This document shows positions 37,140 to 50,200 of a DNA stretch of 64,000 nt, piece by piece. Origin of the DNA: Vicugna vicugna (lineage: Eukaryota); NCBI GenBank assembly GCA_013265495.1, contig MU058290.1, positions 248,001-312,000 on the forward strand. Direction: 5' to 3'. The notes under the pieces were generated by a model. The model did no database searches, was not told the origin of the DNA, and saw only the letters and a program-made list of their open reading frames with translations. Made by a program: the position numbers and the translations under genes. The stretch's first letter is position 1. Every line of letters begins with the position of its first letter.

Positions 37140-38000
37140 AAAAAAAAATAATTTAAGATCTACAGAGACTATCCCCACGTACCCTTCTCCACCCGGCTTC
37201 CTCTAATGATAACATCTTACAGAGCTGAGAACTTAACATTGGTACAGCATTATTAACTGCACATGTGATTCGGATATCCCCAGTTTTTCCACTAATACCT
37301 GTAGTTTGTTTCAGGGTCCAATGCAAGAATACCACACTGAATTTAATCATCATGGCTCCTTAGCCTAATCTTTCTACTGTGATACTTTCTCAGTCTTTCC
37401 ATAACCTTGACATTTTTGAAGAGCACTGGTCAGGTGTTTTGTAGAATGTCCCTCAGTTTGGCTTTCTCTGCTGTTTCCTCATAAATAGACTGAAATTATG
37501 GATTTAAGGGAAGAATACAAGAGGTGATGTGCCCTTGTTACATCACGTCAAAGGCAGTGATGTCACCATCACTTATTACTAGTGATAACATTGATCACCT
37601 TTAAGGTTAAGGTGATGTCTGCCGGGTTTTTCTTAACTGTACCTTTTCCATATTGTTTGTTAGAAGCAAGTCACTAAGTCTAGTCCACATTCACGGGGAA
37701 GGGGATTACACCTCCAAGAGGGAGAGGTATCAAAGAATTTGTGGCAATCACCACAATCATCGATACATTTCGAGGTAAGGTTTAGACTATGCAAATACAC
37801 TGTTTCGTTGTTTTAGTATTCATCCATCAGTCCTGCCTGAGCAATTATTACTGTTACTTTCTAATGATGATTTTCTATTTCTTTCAACCCTTCTATATTA
37901 ATTGAAATTCTTGTGAAAGAAATATTTATCCCTTCTTCCGCATTTATGTTTTGAATCAACACATACCAGTATGGACTCATGAATGTCTATTTTACTCTGT
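37140..38000 (-). mobile_element. Ancient L1 3' relic (L1MC-like)
   Basis: accttgacatttttgaagagcactggtcaggtgttttgtagaatgtccctcagtttgg pattern. Confidence 0.65.
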
Positions 38001-38109
38001 GGGAGCCTGTTGCATTTTAAATACTCAAACATCATAGTATGTATATTTCAATGCACCTTTTTTGACCACTATTTATATAGGAAAAATATATATCACAGAA
38101 ATTCAGTAA

Positions 38110-40330
38110 AACATTTTAAATTGAGATACAATTCATTTTCACCCTGTGGTTTTTAGTGGTCCAGTGGTTTTCAGTATATTCTAACACTGCAGCCATCACC
38201 ACTAATTCCAGAACGTCTTCATCATCCCCAAAGGAAAACATTGCACCCATTAGCAATCACACCCCACTCACCCTTTCCTCTAGCCACTGGCAATCGCTAA
38301 TCTACTTTTTGTCTTTATAGATTTGCCTATTCAAGACATTTCCTATAAATGGAATTATACAATATTTGTGGCTTCTTTCACTTAGCATGTTTTCAAGGTT
38401 CATCCATTTGTAGCACGTACCAATACTTTATTCCATTTTAAAATAGTAAATAATACAATAATAAATAATAGTACAATATAACAATAAATAATACAATATT
38501 CCATTGTTTATAAATTCCATTCCATTGTTATATAAATAATACAATATTCCATTGTTTATCCATTCATCAGTTGATGGACATTCTGGTTGTCTCTACTTTT
38601 TTTTTTCTACTTTTTGTAAATTATACATAACGTTGCTCTCAACATTCATGTGCAAGTTTTTGTGTAAACATTTCTTTTCAGTTCTCTTCGTTATATACCT
38701 AGGAGTGGAATTGGTAGGTCACATTGTACCTCTATGTTTAACTGTTTGAGGAACTGCCAAACTGTTCTCCAAAGAATCGGCACCATTTTATGTTCTTACC
38801 AGTAACATGTGAGGCTTCTAATTTGTCCACATCTTCACCACCACTTGTTCATCTTTTTTTGTAGCCCTGCTAGTATTTGTCAAGTGGTATCTCATTGTGT
38901 TTTTTTCCTTAATATTTAATGATGTTGAGGATCTTTTCATGTGCTTATTATTGGGCATTTATATTTTTTGAGAAATGTCTATTCTTTGGTTTTTAACTGG
39001 GTTATTTGTCTTTATTATTGAATTGTAAGAGTTCTTGGTTTATTCTGGATACTAGATCTTCATCAGATTATGACTTGTATATATTTTCTCTCATTCTGTA
39101 AGTTGCTTTTTTTTTTTTTTTAAGAAAGTAAAGTGAGGATTTTTTAAGGGAAAGACAGTACACTCTCAAGGAGAGAGTGGGCAGGCTCAGGGGAGCAGGT
39201 GCCTCTTTTTACTTTCTTGATAGTATCCTTTTATGAACAAAAGTTTTGAATTTTGATGAAGAATAATTCATTATTTTCTTTGGTTGATTGTGCTGTTGGT
39301 GTCACATTTCAGAAACTATTGCTGGGCCAAAGGTCACAAAGATTTCCACCTGTTTTCTGAGAGTTTTATAGTTTTAGCTCTTACATTTAGGTCTTTGACA
39401 CATTTTAATTTTTGCATATATTGTGAGGTAGTCTTCCAAGTTGATTACTTTGCACATGGATATCCAAGTTGTCTTGGCACCATTTATTGAGAAAACTATC
39501 CTTTCCCCCTCTTAATAGTCCTGGCATCCTTGTTGAAATCAGTTGACCATAGATACATGTGTTTATTTCAGGACTCTCAGTTTTATTGATCTGTATGTCA
39601 TCTTTATGCCAGTACCACACTATCTTGATCACTACAGCTTTGTAGTAAGTTTTGGAATGAGAAAGTATGAGTACTCCAACTTTTTCTTTTTCAAGATTGT
39701 TTTGGCTATTCAAGATCGCTTTGCAATCCCATATGAATTTTAGGTTTGTCTTATCCACTTGTGCAAAACAGGCTGTTACACAGATTGTCTTTTCACTTAT
39801 TTGAATCTTCTTAAATTTCTTTTAACAATGTATTATAGTTTTCAGTGTACAAGTTTTGTGACTTAGTTAAATCCACTAATTATTTTTTGATCCTATTATA
39901 AAGGGAATTGTTTTATAATTTTCTTTTCAGATTATTCATTGCTAGCGTACAGCGATACAATTGATTTTTGTATGTTGATTAGGTTAAAGGTCCCTTCCAT
40001 TCTTCATTTGTTGAATGTTTATCGTGAAAGGGTACTGAATTTTGTCAAATGCTTTTTCTGCATCCAATGAGATGGTCTTGTGATTTTTGTCCTACATTGG
40101 TTGGCTGTCATGTGTTGAACCTTGGATTTCTGCAGTAAATCTCACTTGGTCATGGTGTAGAATCCGTTTTATAGTTTGCTGGTTTAGGCTTAGGAGTATT
40201 TTTTTATATCTACATTCTTAAGGGATACTGGGGTATAGTTTTCTTTTCTTGTGGTATCTTTATCTAGTTTTAGTTCTATACTGCTTTATAGGATGAGTTG
40301 GGAAGTATTCCCTTCGCTTTCTGTTTTTGG
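38110..40330 (-). mobile_element. Older LINE-1, 3' UTR plus degenerate ORF2
   Basis: Minus-strand ORF 39405-39758 resembles L1 ORF2 (LKFIW...KTYYKAVVIKIVWYWHKD...IYGQLI). Confidence 0.88.
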
Positions 40331-40382
40331 AAAAGTACATAGTCTACTTCAGTTTTAACAGCAGCATAGTATTTCAATGAGA

Positions 40383-40383
<1 letters not shown>

Positions 40384-40418
<35 letters not shown>
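40384..40418. repeat. (TA)17 microsatellite
   Basis: Read directly from the sequence. Confidence 0.95.
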
Positions 40419-40421
<3 letters not shown>

Positions 40422-41160
40422 TAATTCCTTATCTATGGATTTTTTTTTGCATAGAACAATTCTGCAGTGACATCATCTATGCAAACATGTACATCTGTAA
40501 CTTTTAGGTTAAAGGGTGTACATTTTAAATTTTTGATCCATATTGGTAATCTGGTCTCTAAAGTTACAGGCTATTGTTTTCATTTAAATGACCTTCATTG
40601 TTACTAAGGACGGATGTTGTGTGTGTTTATCTGTGTTGTATGTGTTCACAAATAGTCAGGAAGTCTTTGGATCTGACTTGGACTTTGGTACTTCTTAGCT
40701 GGAGCAGGGTACCTCAAAATCATTGTACTTCTCGCCTCCCTGAGATATATTTAGTTTAGGCTTAGTAACAGTCCTTCAAGTGCTTCCCAAATTTTTGGAC
40801 ATCTGCTGAAATCCTAGGATGCTAAGTGGTAGGAGCACCAGTCTGCAGTTGGTAAACAGGGGAGAAAGGCAAGTGAAAAGATCTGGATGGGAAACAATTC
40901 AGTCTTTGCTGTAATATTACCTAACAAACTCCAGTTTGCAGAAATACTATTTAGTGGGAAAAGCATTACCCTCCATTAGCATCCCTCAATGCACAGAGGC
41001 TACTCTGCTGTGAGAGAACAGGACCCTGAGTAACCTGCAGCTAGCTGTGGGATACGCAGAGCAACTGTACTTTCTGTCCAGAAACGAAGATAAACTAACA
41101 TAAGAAGTATGTGCTTGTAGAAGTAAAGCTCAAAGAAGCCAGTGATACATTTGTACTATT

Positions 41161-41166
41161 TTTATT
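41161..41166 (-). terminator. Probable PARP2 polyadenylation signal
   Basis: tttatt on + (AATAAA on -) about 90 nt past the stop codon. A second AATAAA at 41236-41241 lies very close to the stop. Confidence 0.6.
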
Positions 41167-41253
41167 ACAAAAAAATGAGAAAATCAGAAGTACAATATTG
41201 CCTGTCTTCTTGCTTGAAGATCATATCTTTCCTGCTTTATTTAATATCAACAT

Positions 41254-44200
41254 TCACCACAACTGCAGGAAATTAAATCGAACCTTTAGAAGGTAACGCA
41301 TACAGACCTGGTTGGGGTTATAGACAATAAATTCATTGTAGTTGAGGGTATAACCCTCGGGATTCAGAATTCCTGTGTCACTCGCTGGTCCCAAGGGCAC
41401 TATACTCCCATTCCTGCCAAATGGAAGAGAATGTGTCAACATCTACCTCTGGTTCAGCAGCTGAAATAGAGAAAGCAGAGTCTTATCTAGCCACAAGGAG
41501 TTTTCTGGCCCTCCAGGCTCCGCGTACTTACAAGGTGATGGAGCGCACAGGACTGGGAGCTATCTTGCCCAGCCCCTTGGTGCTGTGTTTGCCCTGAAGT
41601 AATCCTTCTGCCTCTGGATTGGCCCCTAGTAGCTCGTTACACTGACCGAGAGCTACCTGCAAAGCAAAAGATCTTTGAATGACCACATCCTGCTGAGAAC
41701 TGAATGGCTCTAAAGCCAAACATAAAACCCCAGCAGCACTTTCTTCTGTTCCAGCAGAGGGGTCGAACGCAATGGAAACTGAGCTTGGCTCCCCTCTCAA
41801 GTTCTCCCAGGTGAACCTCTTGTTTCTGCGGCCAAGCTTTTCTCTTTGATAAAACAGGAACTAATACAAACTAGAGATCATAGATTTGTTCTTGCCTTAC
41901 CTCTGACAAGAGCAGCAGTCCAGTATCCTTTAGGCGAGTGGCAAAGCAGTAGTTGGCACTCTTGGAAGACATGTCAGCAAAATAGATTCCTTTTCCAAAC
42001 TGAAATATATAAATAAGTAACAAGGTCAACTGCTTAACCCACTGCGTTAGAAGGGAGGCTCTTACCATTGACCCTGTGTTCTATTATCTTAAACGCAATG
42101 TAGACCCTTCTCCATTTCCCCTCACAATTCTGTTCCAAGGGGAGGCAGAAGCATCAATTAATCTCTGCTTTCTGGGAGGAAAGGAGGGATATCTTCAGGA
42201 ATTTAAAAAAGAAGGGACAGTAAACGTCACGGTTATGAGTGAGCTGGTTTAATTCTTGGGACTGGCACCACCTAATCCTAATCTAGAAAAAAAGGGCTGA
42301 GAAAATTATTATATCCTTTTCCCTTGTACCTACCTCCAGGGTTCAGTTTCTACTCACCATGTAACCTGTGATGGGAGCCTCAGGTGGGGCAATTCGAAGC
42401 CCGTGGCTCAGGATCCCCACCCAGTTACTCAGCCTGGAACCATGCCATAGCAGCATCCTAAGGAAAAGCCATTGTTACTGTACTCTCTGCTGCTCTCCTG
42501 CAGACACAGGCCATATGCGTAAAAAATGCAACAATGGCTGTCTCTGCCATATCTGCACTTCAGGCAACGGAACGTCCTCCCAAACCCAGAGCTAAATTGA
42601 GACCTGTTATGAAGGTCCTCTCGGAAGGCTTCTTTCTCACCCTCCTTCTCTACTTCAAAAACATCCAGCAAGGTCATGGTATAGTCACTGTGTGTGGGAG
42701 CATGGGTGGACTGTAAGTACTGGGAAATCACCTGTGAAAAAGAATGAAAGAAATGGCTGATGTGGACTCTGTAAGAGACCAGGCTGAGCTGAAGAACCTA
42801 AGGGCTTCTGGTATAAGCTGGCACACCTTTCTGCTCCCAAAAGTTCTCACAAGACAGCTGCAAAGAGCCCTACCATCCCAAACTTCTAGTAAATAGAAAT
42901 TCTGCCCTATGCTAAAGTTCTCTCTTAACCAGAAGTAGTCAGAGAACAGTGGGGTGGGGGTGGGTGGATCTTAAAGATATGAAAATAAACGATAATTATT
43001 CTTACTTTGAACTCATAACTTTCATGGTCTAAAGGGCGCAAAGCACAATGTAGTTTTTTATAGTGTTGGTCCAATGGGTGTTCTGGGCTTTGCAGCTCTG
43101 TCTTCACCAGCTTAATGGCAATTTCAATGTCTCCCAAAGCCTGACAAGATGAGATACAGAATCAGCGTGGGAGAAGCCTGGGACAAGAGATTTAATACTT
43201 CCCAATCCATACATATCTCACCTCTAGCAGTTGTACTTTGTCCGACAGTTCTTTCTCTGTCCGGATTAATGGAGGGGTACGGAGTCTAAGGACGAGATAT
43301 AACCCATGATTAGTTCTCTGATGTGTGGCCAAAAGGCACATGACTAAAACTAACAGACTAAAGATAAATCCTTTAGAAAATAGGTATAAGAAACTGGGGT
43401 TTTCCATTCGGGAGAGATCTGTAAGCGATGTTAACTTCCAAACATATAAAGAGATATTTTGTATATTCTCTGAGTAGGATAAAACAGACTATATAGATTT
43501 TAAGATTTGGAACTAGAATTAAAATTCCTTTTTATGGGAACCTTTTTAAAATAAGATACTTCGACATCAGTAAAGAACGGTTTGGAATATGTCCTATCTA
43601 GAAGCAGAAGTAGACCTGTTGACCACTTGGTTATTTCTAGGTCACAGGGCTCTACAAAGCAATAGAAGGAATAAAAATAAAATAAGCACCAGAATGCAGA
43701 ATCAACAAAGATAAAATGTACTTTATATACCTAATGTCATTTGAGTTCCCACAGATGGTGTTAGTGTGTGACAGTCACCTTACAGGACAGGAAACGGGGG
43801 TAGAGGGTGGGGCGTGGGGTGCCTGACATGCCTGAAGGCGTTTTACCTGCTGGTTGCATAGTGAGACCCATTCTCTCTTAAGCTGGTAACTTCCACTTGG
43901 TCAGAGAATATGCTTGTAATCAGGCCAAGAGACTGCATCCCATACTCATAAGCTGATAAACTGGCTATCTATAAGTCATTTTGGCTCTATATCTATTCAA
44001 GATAATCATTCCCTTAGAAATGAAAGATTTAAAAGATTACAGTTGTGGCTGAATGATGTAGGGAACATGGCTGGGCAGATCCTAACTGAAGTAACAGCAC
44101 GGGCCTTACCCAAAGTCATGAGGGATTCTGGTGTAGAATTCATTGCATGCTTCCATGAGAGCTCGTCCATGCTGGCCGGCCCGAATGCAATCCTCAATCT

Positions 44201-47200
44201 TCTTAAGAGACTGGTAACCTGCCTTGATTTGTGCCGCTGTCAGCTTCCCTGCAGGCCCAGCCAGAGATCAGACTCCACAACCAGGGTCCCATCCTTTACT
44301 GATGTCCCCGCCCAACAAAGACTCTCAACCTTTCAACCTTCAGAATTATTCCTCCTCCCCACCATACAACCTCTCCCCGCAAATCTCTTTCTTTATTCAG
44401 TAGTGTCAGCAAGCTTTAAATCATGATGGTGATAAAATATCCCACTAAAGGAACTAAGAAATATGAAGCCAGAATGTAGGATAGAATCTGAAGCCCTACC
44501 AAGTGGGGCTTTCTTGGTGTCATATTTCATTTCTACCATCATCTCTTCCATGGCCTGGACATTACAGATCAACTTTATCAGCTCCTGTACACGAAGATCT
44601 AGCTGTGACTCTGGTTTCAAGGGGGATTTAAGAGATTCTTCTTCTTTTGTTTCCTCTTCACTCTATAGCAGAAAAAAAAAATCACTAAAATCTGAAAGGC
44701 TATTTTATGCTCCTTACAAGGACTGGCTCTACACTATCCCCAGCAGGTGAACATCAGTCAGCCTCTGCTTGTACACAGGCCCGTTCTGGTATTAACCTAG
44801 AGGACTCAATGTGATTTCCACCTTCTAGGCCTCCCATTGTTAAACACTCAGAATAAGTCTAACAGGCCCTCCTAATGTGATGTCATTAAGTTTGTAAAGA
44901 CATTGTTACATCTCAGATCTTCTCACCTTAAAAAGACTAATTGCTCCACTTTTCAGATATGTAACAGTTTTCAGGAAAGATCTTTTTGGCATCCTGGTTG
45001 GACCTCAGCATTCAAAATAATTTTTTTTTTTAAACTGTGGTATATAACCAGCAGTGAAGGCAACTTTAAATGTCATTTTATCAGGTTATTTATTACTCCT
45101 CTCTTGATCCATAATATTAAACTTCTATAAACAGAACGTAACATTTTATAAATAACAGAGACTAGAAAAGCACATTCTATCTTCAACAGCCCCTTCAAGA
45201 TTACAAAGATCAGTGAAGGTTACCCCTGAAGGAACTGTGATCTTAGGTGGGAAACAGCATGACTTAACATATCTCAGCCTATTCTGGTCTAGGACCTGAT
45301 CTAAGTCATTCTGCCTGACTTTACCCTGGTTAAGAGGGAACTGTTTTTCCCTAAACGTACAGTCAGAGTTTACCTGTGTGCTGTTAGTATAGTCCATGTG
45401 TAGCATATCGTATTTTCCAGGCACCTTCTCAAACTTCTCACGATCCTCCCAATTATTTTTTGTTTTGTCAAGGAATCTGTAGAGTTCAGGGTGGTGAGAA
45501 AATCTTACAAATAAGGGTCTATTACTAGGGGTGGGCTGACAATTATTTCCTTAGACAGAGCAGCTCCAATCTGTATTTCCCACATCAATTTTCCATAAAT
45601 CTGGATTCTAAATTAGGACCCTGAATGGACAGAAAAGCTCTGGAGATGAAGGGAACAAAAAATGGGAAAAAAGGACCCTTGAGCTTCCCAAACACCCCAA
45701 ACATCACAAAAGTCGTTGAGATTTAAAACAAAAGATCCCTATCCAGTTCTCTGAAGGAAACATTCCCAGAGACTCCAGACAGTTCTTTGTATCATTGTAA
45801 GAGAAATTTTAAAATAGTAGCTGGATAGTCTCATCTTACTTTCCCCAAATTTCCTAAATTATTGTTCATGTGCTGATTATAGTAGCTTCTTCTGTTTTTG
45901 TCAACTTCATGGTTCCAGGTGATTTAATCACCATCTAAGGAAGAAGTTTGGTGTTCTAGTCATACAGTGTCACAGTGGAAAGACCCTGTCATTTAGGCCA
46001 AATCACATTTACTATAAAGTTCTTAGGGAAGATACATCTGAGAAGAAGGAGGGTATTTTTTGGTACTCATTTCTTAGCACTTACTTCTTTTGAAAGATTT
46101 CCTTGGCCTTGCTGAGGTCCCCTGAACAAGCCACCAAGTTGTGCTGCCCCATTTTCCCAACTGCAAAGTAAATGCCACATGTAAGATAGTTCCCTGCCCC
46201 CAGCCCAAGAAGAGTTCTCTAACAGTAACAAGCCAGCTCTCTCAGGTGTCTCTGCTTAGATTCTGGCTAGTGGGCAGGCAGGAAAGAAGGAAAAGGTGAA
46301 AGGGCTCAGGGAACGGCTGGTGCTGGTACTGGTAAGCTGCTGACTGCGCAGCCTCCGAGCAGCACTAGCAGCCCAACTGCAGGAGCGCTCTCAGCCTCAA
46401 CTGGCTGCTCTCAGTCTTTCCAGTGGGACCTTCCCAAGGAGGATGCTGGCCATCCCCCGATTTCAAGCAGTACAATTTGATCCCTAAGCCTCTCCCAGGT
46501 TACACAGCCTCTACTTCACTGATTTAAACCCAGAGGATCCTCTGGCTACTCACTAAACTGCTCTGGCTCTCTGAATAACAACTCACAAAATCCACAATGA
46601 AAGTCATTATTACCTCGGCCCCATCTCATCCAAACACTGAAGTTCCTCTGGACATCATCTTCTAACAGCTGAATCAGATAATACTTGTTGTTGTTGAACT
46701 GGAGATTGGTCTATGATGAGAGAAATATGAACAGAAGAGGACAAACGTTTGCAAATGGAAGCCACACAAACCAATGACTCCTCCGTGGTCACAGGTACCA
46801 GTGACTGCCATGAGGAAAGGACAGCACGGGACAAGAAAATCAGGTTCACGTAGGAGTAAAGATATGAGAAAGGAGGAACTGGGTTTCTTATATTAAACTT
46901 TGGACTGCTAGAAATATTGCTAGAAATGAAAGCCTGGAAACTTCCTAAAACCCTCTACCCAGCCTCAAATATCCCATGCTGATTGGCTCCTTCTGTTTTT
47001 TTCTGCTTTAACTTCCTCCATAGAAATTTCCGAGGCCATGTGTGTTTCCCAGCTCCCAATCTATTCCCAATAATTAATTTCCAAATGAAAATAATTTTGA
47101 TGCCCCAAAGATCTGTAACTATTAACACTTGTTTGTTTAGGCAACTTACTCTTTAATAGTTCTACTTACAGCTTTGGTTTGTCAGCTGCAGCAATCTGAC

Positions 47201-50200
47201 AATGAGCTGAGAGCAGGAAGCTATTAGGAGGGGACAGAAGGGAGACAGAAACCACTGCCACATCTGACCTATACCTAACACGACGTGACTCGGAGACAGT
47301 CAGAGAAAACGTGACTGGTATTTAAAAAGGTGTCCTGTAAGTAACCTACTCAGAGTGAAGACAGGGAGCAGGCCATGATAAGGAACAGCAGCTTGCGTTG
47401 TGAGGTCGAGCCCTGTTTATCTGGCACTCTTCTCTGTTAAGTGTGCTGCCTCTTCCTACTTCCTGCCTGCTCACATTATAAAGTCATAGGATGGCAGAAC
47501 AAAAAGGGGCCTTAAGATCTTTTCTATCTGCTTATGATATTTTAAGTGAAAGAAGTGGTAACAAAGGAGTACTAGGTAACTGTTAAGTTACATGATGGAT
47601 CAATAAATTCAAATATGAAGATATATTCAGGAACTACATTTAACCAGGCGAATGTGTTATCTCTGTAAAACAATATAAATAAACAAAGAGGAAAACATTA
47701 AAAAGAAAAAAATTGGACGTCAGCATCATGGTGCAGAAAGATGCTTCCTTCCTCTCTCTCCTTCAACGTACAACCATTAAGACAACCACAACTCAACAAA
47801 GGTGCCTCTGCCCAATACACCAGGACACCAGAGAATTTCCCAAGTCTGTACATCTAAAGGTGGGTGGACTGGAACACAGAGAGGAGGTGGAACTGTGGAA
47901 ACAGGAGGTGGTGCCTGCACCCTGGCCTCCCAGCCATGGCAGCCAAGCCCACAGCCCCAGAGAACCTGGTTGCAGCCGGTGAGGTGGCGCATATGACTCC
48001 AGCCTACTGCTTGCAGTGGTGCTGGTGGCCACAGGTGTGACTGGGCAGTACAACAGGGGAGCCTGTGACTCCATCCCTCCAGCAGTGGAGGGCCCACAGT
48101 TCTGGCCTCCACACCCTCGTCATCAGTGGCAGCTCCCACCAAGCCAACAAGACCAGACATCACAGAGGCATTGGCAACCCCTGACTCCCCACTCTGCTTC
48201 CCTCTATGGTGGAGCCTCTGACTCAGGAGATCCCAGACCCATGGAAGCTCCTGCCATCCTGGTGCCCCAGGCACTGACACTAGTGACAGCAGCAGTAGAA
48301 AGGCACCAACCACCCTGGAGGCACAGCAGTGATAAGGTGGGCATGGGGTGACCCCTCTGACAGTGGTGGTGGAGGGTGGAAAGTGAGCTCAGATACAACC
48401 AGAGTCAGGTCAGATAAAAGAAACCCAAAACTTGTGCTATAGTGCCACCTTCTGGAAAACAAAAGAAAGGCCTCTAATTTCTAACCTGTTAAATCGCTAC
48501 AAACAAATTTTGAAAAAAGCTTTACGGCTACTTCAAATGTGCTGGCAGAGGAACAACTCATCAAAAACCATGAGGAACCACAGTTACGCTGTATCACGAA
48601 AAGAAAACGACAATTTTCCAGTAACCAAACTTAAAGTCATGGAATATTATGCAATCTAACTGATAGAGAATACAAGATAGCTGTCATGAAGAAACCCAGT
48701 GAGCTACAAGAAAACTCAGAAAGGCAATTCAGTGAGCTCGGGAATAAAATTAATGAACAGAAGGAATATTTTACCAAAGAAACTGAAACTCTAAAAAAGA
48801 ACCAAACAAATTCTGGAGCTGAGAAATTCAATAAATGAGATAAAGAATGCCTTAGCACTAGAAATAGATATGAAAGAGAGAATTAGTGAGCTCAGACAGA
48901 AATCTAGAAAAGATACAGGTAAGATGTAAAAAAAGAACAAGAGGAAATTCTATAAGAACTATCTGACTCTTTCAGGAAATGCAACATTAGGATAATGGGT
49001 GTCCCAGAAGGAGAAGAGAGAGAAGGGAACAGAGAGTTTTTTTAAAAGAAATAATGGTTAAGAACTTCCCAAACCTGGGGAAGAAAATTGATATAAAAGT
49101 CCATGAAGCTAAGAGAACACATAATTGCCTCAGCACAAAAAGATCTACTCCAGGACATGTTATCTTAAAGCCATCAAAAGCCAATGATTAAAAAAAAAAG
49201 AATTTTAAAGGTAGCCAGAGAAAAAAGGATGGTCATCTACAAAGGAATACCCATTTAGGCTATCAGCACATTTCTCAGCAGAAGCTCTACAGACCAGGAA
49301 GGAGTGGGATGACATTCTCAAAATACTGAAAGATAAAAACTGTCAGGCGAGACCACTCTACCCAGGAAAAAAGGCTTTCCCAGAAGACAACCAAAAGCTG
49401 AGGAAGTTCATTACCACTAGACCTGCCTTACAAGAAATGCTGAAAGGAGCTCTTCTACCTGAAACAAAAAGGCAAAAATACACAAAACTTTGAGTAAGGT
49501 GATAAACAGAAACAGAAACCTGCAACTCTATATCCGAATAGGTTTGAAACACCTTATTACAGCATAAAGTTTAAAAGGGAAAAAACCAGGAAAAATAACT
49601 ATAGCTACTTCAACTTGGTGACATACTCACAACATAAAAAGGGATGATTTGAAACAACAAAAATATAAAAGGGGAAGAAGAGGATGGAACCCACATAGGC
49701 AAATGAAGGTAAAATGCTATCAGCAGAAAAATGACTTTTATCTATGAGACGTTTCTACAAACCTCATGCTAACCACAGAACATAAATCTAGAGCAGAAAC
49801 ACTAAACACAAAAAAGAGGAAACTGAGCAAAACATCATAGAAAACCACCAAACCAAAGTAACAGACAGAAACACAAGGAAAAAGAAATAATGGAGATAGA
49901 GAGCAACCAGAAAACAAAAAATAAAATGGCAGCACCAAGTCCTCATCTATCGGTAATCATCCCAGATGTAAACGGATTGAATTCACCAATCAAAAGACAC
50001 AGAGTGGCCGAATAGATTAAAAAATAAGATCCAACTACATGCTGCCTCAGGAGACTCAGCTCTAAAGACAAACACAGGCTCAAAGAGAAGGGGTACAAGA
50101 TGATACTCCAATCAAATGGCAGCCGAAAGAAAGCAGGTGTAACCAATTCTCATATCAGACAAAACAGACTTCAGGGAAAAAAGGTAACAAGACAAAGATG

